64,000 nt of DNA. Source: an uncultured bacterium (lineage in GTDB: Bacteria > Oederibacteriota > Oederibacteriia > Oederibacteriales > Oederibacteriaceae). The stretch lies in assembly GCA_965112635.1 (NCBI GenBank), contig OZ218778.1, forward strand, positions 1,280,001 through 1,344,000, in the 5' to 3' direction. The position numbers and the translations under genes are program-made. The number at the start of each line of letters is the position of its first letter. Position 1 is the first letter of the stretch. The notes beneath the pieces were generated by a model. It ran no database searches and had not been told where the DNA came from. It worked only from the letters and a program-made list of their open reading frames with translations. Positions 37,727 to 46,825 of this stretch are shown in pieces.

Positions 37727-37902
37727 TTTTTAGTGGCCTCTGGAGCGACGAAAAACTCTCCCAAGCAATAAGGTTGCCTAATCTTAAGGCGTGAATGAAT
37801 GCCCAACTGCTGTCCTGTTTTCCACAAATCGGTTTAAGATTCCCTGATTCCTTTATAAATGGTCATTGTCACGGTTAGTGAGACATTGAGACGTTGCTGT
37901 CT

Positions 37903-37941
37903 TTGATAGACCTTTGGAAAATGTTACACTATAGTGCAACA
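37903..37941 (+). promoter_or_regulatory. Promoter with overlapping palindromic operator upstream of the antitoxin
   Basis: TTGATA-16 nt-TACACT with extended TG; 20-bp palindrome TGTTACACTATAGTGCAACA (one mismatched pair) over the -10. Confidence 0.6.
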
Positions 37942-37960
37942 CTTAAAAGGGGAGGCAGTG

Positions 37961-38260
37961 ATGCGTTTTACGGGGATAAAAGAGCTTAAACATAAAACCA
38001 TGGATATCTTAAAAGCATCGGAAAAGCAGGATATTATCATCACTGCCTACGGCAAGCCCACGGCGGTGCTCCACCACGTTACCGAAGACGACCTAGCTGA
38101 ATATCTCATTGAAAACGACCCGGCCTTTAAAAATAAGATCAAGGAAGCTTCATCGGAATATGCCAAGGTGGGTGGTCTTCCGGCGAACAATTTGATACGC
38201 AGGCTGGGGAAAAGGCATAGCGCTGAAAAAATACTATTCAAAAGAGGAAAAGAGTTTTGA
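37961..38260 (+). CDS. Phd/YefM-family antitoxin (no adjacent toxin)
   Basis: GIKELKHKTMDILK..QDIIITAYGKPTAVL pattern; AGGGGAGG SD. Confidence 0.8.
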   Translation: MRFTGIKELKHKTMDILKASEKQDIIITAYGKPTAVLHHVTEDDLAEYLIENDPAFKNKIKEASSEYAKVGGLPANNLIRRLGKRHSAEKILFKRGKEF

Positions 38261-39039
38261 TCCGTCTAAGTGTTTGCGTCACAACCTATCAGGAACAGGA
38301 CAATATCGGGGACTGCCTCAAGAGCGTCAGGGGGCTGGCGGATGAGATCATTGTCGTGGACGGGGGCAGCCTTGACCAGACCCGGACCGTCGCGAGGCGA
38401 TATACCAAAAATATTTTTGTGAGGCCTAACAATCCCAACCTGAACATCAACAAAAATTTCGGGTTTTCCAAGGCCAGGGGTGAATGGGTACTGTGCCTGG
38501 ATGCCGACGAGCAGGTGACCCCGGAACTGGCCGCAAGGATAAAAGAGATGCTGGTCGAGGGGACGGAGTGGGACGGGTTCCTATTGCCCAGGAAAAATTA
38601 TTACTTTGGAAGATTCCTCCGTTATGGAAGCAACTATCCTGACCATCAGCTCAGGCTTTTTCGCCGGGTCAAAGGCCAGTTCGCCGCGAAGCATGTGCAC
38701 GAACGCCTGCAGGTCCAGGGCAGGGTCGGCAGGCTCAAAGAGCCTTTGGCCCATTTTCCCTACAAGACCATCAGCCAATATTTTCAAAAGTTCAACTTTT
38801 ACACTTCTTTTGCAGGCAGGTTCCTTTATCAAAAAGGGGTCCGTATCCGATCCACAACGGCGTTCTGGTTCTTTTACGCCAAGCCGCTCTTGAGGCTCGT
38901 CAGGCGTTATATTTTCAAGGGAGGTTTTTTGGACGGGTGGCAGGGGCTTTTGGCCTGTGTTTTCAGCTATTTAACGGGAATTGTCAGCTATGCCAAATGC
39001 TGGGAACTCCAGCAAACAGAAAGGACTCCGCGTGGATAA
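38257..39039 (+). CDS. GT2 glycosyltransferase (WaaE/KdtX/LgtF-like beta-glucosyltransferase)
   Basis: VVDGGSLDQT, WVLCLDADE, YPDHQLRLF, HVHE and GFLDGWQG. Confidence 0.88.
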   Translation: MIRLSVCVTTYQEQDNIGDCLKSVRGLADEIIVVDGGSLDQTRTVARRYTKNIFVRPNNPNLNINKNFGFSKARGEWVLCLDADEQVTPELAARIKEMLVEGTEWDGFLLPRKNYYFGRFLRYGSNYPDHQLRLFRRVKGQFAAKHVHERLQVQGRVGRLKEPLAHFPYKTISQYFQKFNFYTSFAGRFLYQKGVRIRSTTAFWFFYAKPLLRLVRRYIFKGGFLDGWQGLLACVFSYLTGIVSYAKCWELQQTERTPRG

Positions 39040-40063
39040 CAAGGTGGAGCGCATCCTGTTTAGATCTCCCAACTGGCTTGGCGACGCGATCCTGAGTTTG
39101 CCGGCTCTCCAGGTAACTAGGCAGCTATATCCGCAGGCCGAGATCATTGTGGTAGCCAAACCGAGAGTGAGCGGGATATTCAGCCAGAATCCGCTGGTCC
39201 AGGAAGTCATCAGCTATGATCCGGAGGGACACAAGAACAAGCTGCCTTATTACTATTCCTTTGTGAACTCTTTGGAGCAAAAAAAGTTCGACCTGGGACT
39301 CATCTTGCCCAACTCCTTTTCTTCAGCCCTGATGGCTTATCTGGCTAAGGCCAGGGCCAGGGTGGGTTATAACACCGAAGGACGGGGCATGCTCCTGACC
39401 CAAAAACTGGGAGCCAGGGAACTCAGGAAAAAACATTTGTCCGAAGAATATCTGGACCTGGTCAGGGCCTTGGGTTGGAAGGGCAAGTCAAAAGGTCCAC
39501 GCCTATACCTGGACCATGACCATGGGGAAAAAATATTGGAGATGACCAAGGGTACCAAGGGCAAGCCCTGGGTTGCCTTGGCCTGCGGAGCCACCTTTGG
39601 TCCGGCCAAACACTGGTTCCCTGAACATTTCGCGGAGCTGGGCCGGCGCCTGATCAAAGAGAAAAAAGCGCATCTGTTCTTTCTGGGCACAACCAAAGAA
39701 TATGAAGCCAGCCAGGTGGTTATCCGCATGATGCAAGTCAAGGGAGGCTTTACCAACCTGTGCGGGTTGACCGACCTGAACCAGCTGGGTGTTGTTCTGG
39801 AAAAATGCAAGCTGTTGGTGTGCAATGACAGCGGCATCATGCATATGGGTGCGGCCCTGCAGGTTCCCTTGGTGGCTATTTTTGGCTCCACCTCACCGGT
39901 CTGGACCAGGCCCCTGGGACGGAAGAACAAAGTCCTCTATGAACGGGTTTTTTGCAGCCCCTGTTTCAAGCCAACCTGTTACCGGACCGATGTTCCCTAT
40001 GATTGCCTGAAAAAAGTGACGCCGGAAAAAGCGTGGGCAGCATGCCGGGAGGTCTGGCTATGA
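39032..40063 (+). CDS. waaF: LPS heptosyltransferase II-like (GT9)
   Basis: RSPNWLGDA, LPNSFSSA, GATFGPAKHW, NDSGIMH and IFGSTSP; GTG 39032. Confidence 0.82.
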   Translation: MDNKVERILFRSPNWLGDAILSLPALQVTRQLYPQAEIIVVAKPRVSGIFSQNPLVQEVISYDPEGHKNKLPYYYSFVNSLEQKKFDLGLILPNSFSSALMAYLAKARARVGYNTEGRGMLLTQKLGARELRKKHLSEEYLDLVRALGWKGKSKGPRLYLDHDHGEKILEMTKGTKGKPWVALACGATFGPAKHWFPEHFAELGRRLIKEKKAHLFFLGTTKEYEASQVVIRMMQVKGGFTNLCGLTDLNQLGVVLEKCKLLVCNDSGIMHMGAALQVPLVAIFGSTSPVWTRPLGRKNKVLYERVFCSPCFKPTCYRTDVPYDCLKKVTPEKAWAACREVWL

Positions 40064-40929
40064 GCAAAAAGCAAAAAATATCCGTGGTGCTTTTGACCCG
40101 CAATGAAGAGGCGATGATCACGGATTGCCTCAAAAGCGTTTCTTGGGCCGACGAGGTCGTGGTGGTGGATAGCGGGTCCACGGACAGGACTGTTTCTCTT
40201 TGCTGCCGGCCCAAGGTTAGAGTTTTTAACCATCCCTGGTGTGGTTTTGGGAAACAGCGTGATTTTGCGGTCAAAATGACCCGTTTTCCCTGGGTGCTCA
40301 GTCTGGACGCCGATGAAAGGGTTTCTGCGGAGTTGGCCGAGGAGATCAAGAAAACCCTGGCCCATGCTGCGCCTGAAACCGCCTACCGCATCCCTTTTAA
40401 GAACATTTTGATGGGGACCTGGCTCAGGCATGGAGGGATGTATCCCGACACCCATCTGAGGCTGTTCCATAAAAAATACGGAAGGTTCAACCACAATCCT
40501 GTCCATGAAAGCATCGAAATCAAGGGCCAAGAGGTCGAGCTCCAAGCGCCCATGATCCATCTTGTTTCCAGGGACCTGGCCCACTATATTGAAAAACTTA
40601 ACCGCTATACGGACAGCGAGGCCGCCATCCTGTTTAAAAATCAGGTCAGCCCCACGGGATACGACCTTTTCGTCAAACCCAAGATAAGGTTCTTTAACTC
40701 TTATGTTTCCCGCAGGGGATTCTTGGACGGGGTGCCGGGGTTTATCTATGCTTTTTTACGCAGCCTTTATTTTTTCCTGGTCTACGTGAAGCTTTACGAA
40801 AAAAGGGGATGGCGGCCTTCTGCCGTAAAAATCTTGCTGACCCTTTTCCATAGGAACAAAAAAGAGTCGCAAGGGTATCCCAGCCAGGCCTACAGCCAAG
40901 TCCGGGCCGGAAAGAGAAAAATAAAGTGA
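40060..40929 (+). CDS. GT2 glycosyltransferase (WaaE/KdtX/LgtF-like)
   Basis: VVDSGSTDRT, GFGKQRD, LSLDADER, PVHE and GFLDGVPG; ATGA overlap. Confidence 0.88.
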   Translation: MSKKQKISVVLLTRNEEAMITDCLKSVSWADEVVVVDSGSTDRTVSLCCRPKVRVFNHPWCGFGKQRDFAVKMTRFPWVLSLDADERVSAELAEEIKKTLAHAAPETAYRIPFKNILMGTWLRHGGMYPDTHLRLFHKKYGRFNHNPVHESIEIKGQEVELQAPMIHLVSRDLAHYIEKLNRYTDSEAAILFKNQVSPTGYDLFVKPKIRFFNSYVSRRGFLDGVPGFIYAFLRSLYFFLVYVKLYEKRGWRPSAVKILLTLFHRNKKESQGYPSQAYSQVRAGKRKIK

Positions 40930-41663
40930 AAGAATACCAGCAGATCCCCATCCTGATGTACCACCACATTTCCCAGGGCCAGGCCACCAACCCCTGGACC
41001 GTCAGCTGGCCGGTTTTTGAGGCGCAGGTCAAGGCTTTGAAATCCTGGGGATACCACACCGTCACTTTTAAGGAGCTTCTGATGCATTTCAAGGCCGGCC
41101 AGCAGCTGCCTTCCCGACCGGTAATCCTGACCTTTGACGATGCTTTCGCTGAACTCTATCAGAATGTTTTCCCTTTCTTATTTGAACAGGATTTTACGGG
41201 AACGATCTTCGTCCCCACGGACAGGCTGGGCAAGACCAATGACTGGGACAAGGGCAAGGGGTATCCTGTGCTCAAGCTCCTAAACCCGAAGCAGCTCAGG
41301 GAGCTCTGCGGTCACGGCGCGGAAGCGGGTTCCCATGGACGAACCCACAGCTCTTTCGCCTCCCTGACGGTCAAAAAATTGCGGCAGGAACTCCAAGGGT
41401 CCAAAAAGAAGCTGGAAAAGATCACGGCCCAGCCTGTGCTGGCCCTGGCGTATCCTTACGGTCACTGGGATGAGCTGGTCATGACCCTGGCGCAGGAGGC
41501 CGGTTATCAGGCCGGGTGTGTCATTGATTCGCCGGCCAAAGACCAGCGTGACCACCCTTTTTTGATGCGCCGGGTGTTCGTCAAACCGACCGACGGGCTG
41601 TTGGCTTTGCGCCGCAAAATTTCCCAGTGGTATCTGTGGTGGCGCGGTATCAAGGGACATTAA
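40926..41663 (+). CDS. Polysaccharide deacetylase (CE4/NodB-like)
   Basis: IPILMYHH, ILTFDDA, GSHGRTH and LAYPYG. Confidence 0.88.
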   Translation: MKEYQQIPILMYHHISQGQATNPWTVSWPVFEAQVKALKSWGYHTVTFKELLMHFKAGQQLPSRPVILTFDDAFAELYQNVFPFLFEQDFTGTIFVPTDRLGKTNDWDKGKGYPVLKLLNPKQLRELCGHGAEAGSHGRTHSSFASLTVKKLRQELQGSKKKLEKITAQPVLALAYPYGHWDELVMTLAQEAGYQAGCVIDSPAKDQRDHPFLMRRVFVKPTDGLLALRRKISQWYLWWRGIKGH

Positions 41664-41821
41664 TAGTCCGCTGAAAAAGTCCCCATTCGGGGACTATATA
41701 GAGTCTTTGTAGGGACTTTTTCAGCTCACTAAGAAGGATGTAGCTCCTCGATTTCAAAGGAAATCTCGGAGTAGCAGCCTGCTGTATGATCTTGAAAGAA
41801 TGTTTATTCAGCAGACTGCTA
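41664..41821. repeat. Two adjacent palindromic REP/MITE-like elements
   Basis: 41664-83 vs 41712-31 inverted repeat (18/20, including a 14-bp perfect GCTGAAAAAGTCCC); 41772-84 TAGCAGCCTGCTG vs CAGCAGACTGCTA ending at 41821 (12/13). Confidence 0.7.
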
Positions 41822-41847
41822 AGCAGCAAATAAAAGGAAGATGAAAT

Positions 41848-43023
41848 ATGTGGGGACAAATTAAAAAGAAGGTAGCCGATTGGTTCTTTGTCGCAGGGCT
41901 TTTTATCTCCAACTCCCTGGTCTATTTCATGGTGGGGGTGCTGGTCCTACGGTGGCTGAAGCAGAAGTTCTTCTCGTCGGTCGAAGAAAAGAGCGTCAAG
42001 CCCGATACCGGCGACAAGGTTTTGTTGTGGTTCCTAGGGTTATTTATTGGTTGGCGCGTCCTGTCTGTGATCTTTTCCATCAACTTCTCGCAGAGCTTGA
42101 ACGAGGCGGCCAGCCTGGGCCTTTTTGTCCTGCTTTACCTGTGCAGGACCCTGGCCCGGAACTTCCAGGATATCAAAAAGCTGGTTTTGGTCAATTTGAG
42201 CGTGGGTTTTTTGGCCTGTCTCTACGCTGTCGTCCAATACATCCGCCTGTCCCCGGAACACGCAGAGGGTTTTTACGGCGGTTACAGCATGTTCGCCACC
42301 TTTTTGGCCATGAACTTAACCCTCTTGGCCGCGTTCATTTTCAGCGAGAAAAATTTCAAGGTCAAAATATGGCTGACCGTCTTTTTCCTTGCCGCGGGAT
42401 TGGCTCTGCTGCTCACCAGGGAACGGGGGCCATGGCTTGGCGCCCTGCTCGGCCTGGTGGTCGCAGGCTTTCTGGTGCGGGACAAGCAATTTTGGGTGAC
42501 CCCTAGCCTTGCGGTCCTGCTGGTAGCCGTACTGGTCCTGGCCGCTGGTTTGCACGGGCCTGTTGTTTCCAAGATAAAGGATTTGGTCGCCCTTAAAAGC
42601 TCAGGCCGGACCGTGCTGTGGAAAGCCGCCCTGGAACAAACGCGGCAGCACCCTTTCCTGGGTTCCGGCATAAGCACTTTCCGCCAGGTTTGTTCCAGGG
42701 CCGTGGTAGAATGCCAAGACCCCAACGTGTCCGGGCCCCATAACGCTTTTTTGCAGATCGCTTTTGAGAGCGGGATTCCGGCCCTGCTTTTTTACCTTGG
42801 ATTTTGGGGGACTTTCTTATTCCAGGTCCGCAAGGTATACAATAAAACCAAAGGGGAAACCAGGGTCCTGGTTTCCGGGATGTTAGGGGTTTTTGCCGGC
42901 TATTTGCTGATGAGCTTTTTCGGGACCGGAGGGTCTGACATGGAATTGGTATACCTGTTCTTTTTGATGGGTATCACTTTGGGATTAAAACCCGGGCCCG
43001 CAAGAGTAAAAGGGGCAGCGTGA
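41848..43023 (+). CDS. O-antigen ligase (WaaL/Wzy_C family)
   Basis: TRERGPWLG, GRTVLWK..HPFLGSG and PHNAFLQIAFESGIP; located in the LPS core cluster. Confidence 0.82.
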   Translation: MWGQIKKKVADWFFVAGLFISNSLVYFMVGVLVLRWLKQKFFSSVEEKSVKPDTGDKVLLWFLGLFIGWRVLSVIFSINFSQSLNEAASLGLFVLLYLCRTLARNFQDIKKLVLVNLSVGFLACLYAVVQYIRLSPEHAEGFYGGYSMFATFLAMNLTLLAAFIFSEKNFKVKIWLTVFFLAAGLALLLTRERGPWLGALLGLVVAGFLVRDKQFWVTPSLAVLLVAVLVLAAGLHGPVVSKIKDLVALKSSGRTVLWKAALEQTRQHPFLGSGISTFRQVCSRAVVECQDPNVSGPHNAFLQIAFESGIPALLFYLGFWGTFLFQVRKVYNKTKGETRVLVSGMLGVFAGYLLMSFFGTGGSDMELVYLFFLMGITLGLKPGPARVKGAA

Positions 43024-43024
43024 A

Positions 43025-43618
43025 ATGAAAAAACTAAAAAGAGCCGTTTTTTTAGACAGGGACGGGACGATCAATAAAGAAAGGGGTTATATCAAAGACC
43101 CTAAGAAATTGGTCCTGTTGCCTCGAGCGGCTGAAGCCATCCGTTTGCTCAATCGAAGGTCCATTCCCGTGATCGTGGTGACCAACCAGTCCGGCATTGC
43201 CCGCAAGTACTATTCGGAAAACCAGATGCACCTGGTTAATGCCGCGTTGGTCAAAAAACTCCAGGCCAAGGACAGCTACGTGGATGCGATCTATTTTTGC
43301 CCGCACCACCCGGACTTTGGGGGCAAAAAGTACCGCAGGAAATGCAACTGCCGTAAGCCGGCTCCGGGTATGGTTCTAAAAGCCGCTAGAAAGTTCGGGA
43401 TAGACCCCAGGCGTTCCTATATGGCCGGGGATAAGATCGCGGATGTCAAGCTGGGGCAGGGGGTCGGGGCCAAGAGTATCCTCCTGCTTTCGGGATGGGG
43501 TCGGAAAGAGTGGCGCGAGAACAGGAATCTTTTCCAGCCCCTGCCTGATTACCGGACCACCACGCTGTGGCGCGCGGTGCAGTGGATCTTAAAAGACATG
43601 GAGCGCGGGAAAAAATAA
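43025..43618 (+). CDS. gmhB: D,D-heptose 1,7-bisphosphate phosphatase
   Basis: FLDRDGTIN, VTNQSGIAR, CPHHP..CNCRKP.PGM and GDKIAD. Confidence 0.93.
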   Translation: MKKLKRAVFLDRDGTINKERGYIKDPKKLVLLPRAAEAIRLLNRRSIPVIVVTNQSGIARKYYSENQMHLVNAALVKKLQAKDSYVDAIYFCPHHPDFGGKKYRRKCNCRKPAPGMVLKAARKFGIDPRRSYMAGDKIADVKLGQGVGAKSILLLSGWGRKEWRENRNLFQPLPDYRTTTLWRAVQWILKDMERGKK

Positions 43619-43656
43619 CATGGACCAGAATAACAGCCAGCAAACCTCAGGCAGCC

Positions 43657-44676
43657 ATGACCACTAATCAATACCAAAACATATTATTCATCCGGTTCCG
43701 GGGCATCGGGGATGTGCTGCTCTCCACTCCCGCGGTCCACGCTTTTCGGGAGGCCAATCCCAAGGCCAGGATAGTTTATTTGACGGAAAAAGAAGCCGCC
43801 GAAGCCTTGTACGGCAACCCGGATATTGACGATGTGCTAGTCTATCCCAGGGACAAGACCAGGAAGGTGTCCTGGAAGGACAAAGTCCACGGGTTATGGA
43901 GCTTGGTCGGATATTTTCTCTCCCATCGTTTTGACCTGTGTCTGGATTTCAGGGGGGATGTCAAAAGCGTGATCTTCAGCCTGCTTTCCAAAGCCAGGCT
44001 GAGGGTTGGATACGAATACAGGGTGCGCCAGTGGTTTTATAGCAAGGTCATCAGGAATTCCCTTTTTCCCAAGAGGCTGCCGGCCTATCAGTTTTATCTC
44101 AAGGCTGCGGAGGGGTGCGGCTGTAAAATAGGGAGGCCAAAACTAATTTTCCAAGTTTCTGCTGAAGCGCGGAAGTGGGCGGAGAAATTCCTCAAAGAAC
44201 AAGTTGAGGGGCGCTCTTTGCGCTTGGCCGGATTTAATCCAGGCGGGACCCATCCCGCCAAGTTGTGGCCCCTTTCCAATTTTATCGGACTGGCGGAGAT
44301 TATAGAAAAGCGTTTTGGGTTAGTCCCCGTTTTTTTTGCGGGTCCCTATGAAAACCAGCAGGCCCGCCAGATCGCTGATTTTTTGGAACGGAAAAAGGGT
44401 GTGTTGGTCAGACCCAAGAACCTCCAGCATTACGGCGCCCTGCTCCAAAAATGCCGTATCTTTATCAGTAACGATTCGGGACCCCTGCATTTGGCCGAGG
44501 CGCTGGCCGTACCGACCCTAGGCCTATTCGGAGGCAGTGACCCGGAGGTGTGGTTCGCCTACGGAAAAGAGCAGGGAGACCTGACCGCCGGAAACTTGGG
44601 AAGAGATATCAAGACTGTCACAGTGGGAGAAGTTCTGGATAAGGTTAAAAAACTTATTAGCAAGAGGAAGTTATGA
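43657..44676 (+). CDS. GT9 heptosyltransferase-like
   Basis: RGIGDVLLSTP, NPGGTHPAKLW and NDSGPLHLA. Confidence 0.88.
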   Translation: MTTNQYQNILFIRFRGIGDVLLSTPAVHAFREANPKARIVYLTEKEAAEALYGNPDIDDVLVYPRDKTRKVSWKDKVHGLWSLVGYFLSHRFDLCLDFRGDVKSVIFSLLSKARLRVGYEYRVRQWFYSKVIRNSLFPKRLPAYQFYLKAAEGCGCKIGRPKLIFQVSAEARKWAEKFLKEQVEGRSLRLAGFNPGGTHPAKLWPLSNFIGLAEIIEKRFGLVPVFFAGPYENQQARQIADFLERKKGVLVRPKNLQHYGALLQKCRIFISNDSGPLHLAEALAVPTLGLFGGSDPEVWFAYGKEQGDLTAGNLGRDIKTVTVGEVLDKVKKLISKRKL

Positions 44677-45752
44677 AAGTTACGGGCAGGCAGCCGAAAT
44701 TTGAGCCGGAAAAGATAAAAAAAATATTGGTTATCCGTTTGATGTCCCTGGGAGACGTGATCCTGTCCACCCCGGCCCTGAGCGCCTTAAAGTCCCATTT
44801 TAGAAACGCTGAAATTTCCATGCTTGTGGACGATGCGTTTAGCGACGCGATCCTGGAGCACCAGGCCCTGACCCAAGTTTTTGCTTTGCCCCGCCGGCAG
44901 ATGCGCAAACTTCCGTTCATGGCCAGAATGAGAGAAGAAGTTAAATGGTTCCAAAAAATAAGAGGTGAAAAATTCGATCTCGTGGTGGACCTCCAAAACA
45001 CGCCCCGGTCCATGTGGTATACCTTATTTTCGGGGGTTCCGTTACGCGTGGGGTTGGGACACCGCAAGAGGGGTTTTGCCTACAACTACCGAGTTTATCC
45101 GGAAAATCGCTATGCCGTGGAAGTCAATCTTGACCCGGTCAGAGCCCTAGGCGCACCAGTAACGGACAAGCGGCTCAGAGTTGTTCTCAGGCCCGAAGCT
45201 GAACAAAAGGTAGAGAAGTTTTTGAAAGCGCAGGGGATCGAAAAAGGAGATAAGCTTGTCGCTTTCCATGTCGGGGGAGGGTGGCCGGCGAAATTTTGGC
45301 CCGCTTCTTATTTCCAGCAACTAGCCTGGCTCATCCAGCAGGAAAATACGAGCAAGATCGTCTTGCTGCAAGGACCCAAGGAAGAACAGGTAGTACCGCA
45401 GATCGCAGCAGGGATGCGGCAGCGTCCCTTGGTGGCGAAAGATTTTTCCATCCAGGAGACCGGAGCCTTGCTTAAACGTTGCTCTATCCTGGTCACGGAC
45501 GATACAGGGCCCATGCACCTGGGGCTGGCTTTGCAAGTCCCGACCATCGGGCTTTTCGGCCAGGAGTATAAGGACCTGTGGTTCCCGCCTCAGGGCACGG
45601 TCAAAGATTATGCCGGCTATGAGAAGGCGGTGGCGTTGCAGCATTTGGTCTGGTGTAGCCCCTGCCATTTAGATGAGTGCGGCCGGCTGGAATGCCTCAA
45701 GGGAATTAGCCCGGCCGAGGTTTGGCAGGAAATGAAAAGGCTTGTGGGCTGA
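44673..45752 (+). CDS. GT9 heptosyltransferase-like
   Basis: MSLGDVILSTP, VGGGWPAKFWP and DDTGPMHLG. Confidence 0.88.
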   Translation: MKVTGRQPKFEPEKIKKILVIRLMSLGDVILSTPALSALKSHFRNAEISMLVDDAFSDAILEHQALTQVFALPRRQMRKLPFMARMREEVKWFQKIRGEKFDLVVDLQNTPRSMWYTLFSGVPLRVGLGHRKRGFAYNYRVYPENRYAVEVNLDPVRALGAPVTDKRLRVVLRPEAEQKVEKFLKAQGIEKGDKLVAFHVGGGWPAKFWPASYFQQLAWLIQQENTSKIVLLQGPKEEQVVPQIAAGMRQRPLVAKDFSIQETGALLKRCSILVTDDTGPMHLGLALQVPTIGLFGQEYKDLWFPPQGTVKDYAGYEKAVALQHLVWCSPCHLDECGRLECLKGISPAEVWQEMKRLVG

Positions 45753-45769
45753 GAAGGGATGGGAAGAGC

Positions 45770-46822
45770 ATGGTTTTGGAAAACATCCGAAAAATATTCA
45801 TCATCCGGTTCAACGGCGTGGGGGACATTATCATGACTATGCCGTCCCTCAGGGCCCTGAAGCAGGCCTACCCCCAGGCCCAGATCACCTGGCTGGTGGA
45901 CGAACGGTGCAAACAGGCCATCGAAAAAGAGCCGCTGGTGAACGAGGTCATTTCTATCCATCGGCGCAAGCTGCAGGAGATGCCCAAGCTGGAAGCGCTC
46001 AAAAAACTTTGGGGTCTGATCCGGTGGATAAGGTCGCAGCGGTTCGATCTTTGTGTCGACCTCCAAGGCTTTAGCGAAACCAGCCTGCTCACCCTGGTCA
46101 GCAGAGCGCGATACCGGGTGGGGCATAGGGTCAAACCGGGGATCGTGGACAGGTCTGAACACCAGGGGTGGGCTTACAACATCCCTGTCAAACTGCCGGC
46201 TAGGACCTTTCACAGGGTGGAGTATTTTTTTGAAATCGTAAGAGCGGTCGGGGGCGTTATCAGAGACCCTAAGCTATTTTTCTTTGTTCCACAAAGGAAA
46301 AATGAGTGGGCTCGGGATTTTTTGTTGAAACAGGGGGTAAAAAAAGCGGATATTTTAATAGGGTTAAATCCTGGCCCAGGCGGTACCGCCAAGATATGGA
46401 GCGCCAAGAATTTTGCCAGCCTGGCCGACTTGCTGGTCAAAAAAATGAGGGCCAAGGTTTTGCTCAGGGGATCCCCAGGCGATGAGGCCCTTTGCGAGAA
46501 GATCCGGTCCATGATGAGGACCAAGCCTGTCATGGCCAGCCCCACGGACCTGTACGAACTGGGAGCCCTGGCTTCCCGATGCAATGTTTTTGTTTCCAAC
46601 GACACGGGCCCCATGCATCTGGCCGTGGCCATGCAGACACCCACTCTGGGTTTGTTCGGGATGTCCAGGCCGGAACTTTCCGGACCTTGGGGAGCAGGAC
46701 ACCAATCCTTGTCTGTGAACGATTACCGGCAGGAGGGAGATATGGATAAGATCACCCCGGAGGGGGCTTTTATGAAAATAAAGTCGATGCTCCGCCAGCC
46801 ACGGGAAAGAAAAGGACACTAA
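45770..46822 (+). CDS. GT9 heptosyltransferase-like
   Basis: NGVGDIIMTMP, VDLQG and NDTGPMHLAVA. Confidence 0.88.
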   Translation: MVLENIRKIFIIRFNGVGDIIMTMPSLRALKQAYPQAQITWLVDERCKQAIEKEPLVNEVISIHRRKLQEMPKLEALKKLWGLIRWIRSQRFDLCVDLQGFSETSLLTLVSRARYRVGHRVKPGIVDRSEHQGWAYNIPVKLPARTFHRVEYFFEIVRAVGGVIRDPKLFFFVPQRKNEWARDFLLKQGVKKADILIGLNPGPGGTAKIWSAKNFASLADLLVKKMRAKVLLRGSPGDEALCEKIRSMMRTKPVMASPTDLYELGALASRCNVFVSNDTGPMHLAVAMQTPTLGLFGMSRPELSGPWGAGHQSLSVNDYRQEGDMDKITPEGAFMKIKSMLRQPRERKGH

Positions 46823-46825
46823 GCC

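Noticed and set aside
37580-37753. Calling the long hairpin 6S RNA or a retron msr-msd
   Set aside because: No recognisable 6S sequence motifs or usual gene context, and no RT; kept only as an unassigned structure.
29560-41663. PEP-CTERM/exosortase system (TIGR03087-like GT4, AsnB, deacetylase)
   Set aside because: No exosortase or PEP-CTERM protein is visible, and these families are common in generic glycan loci.
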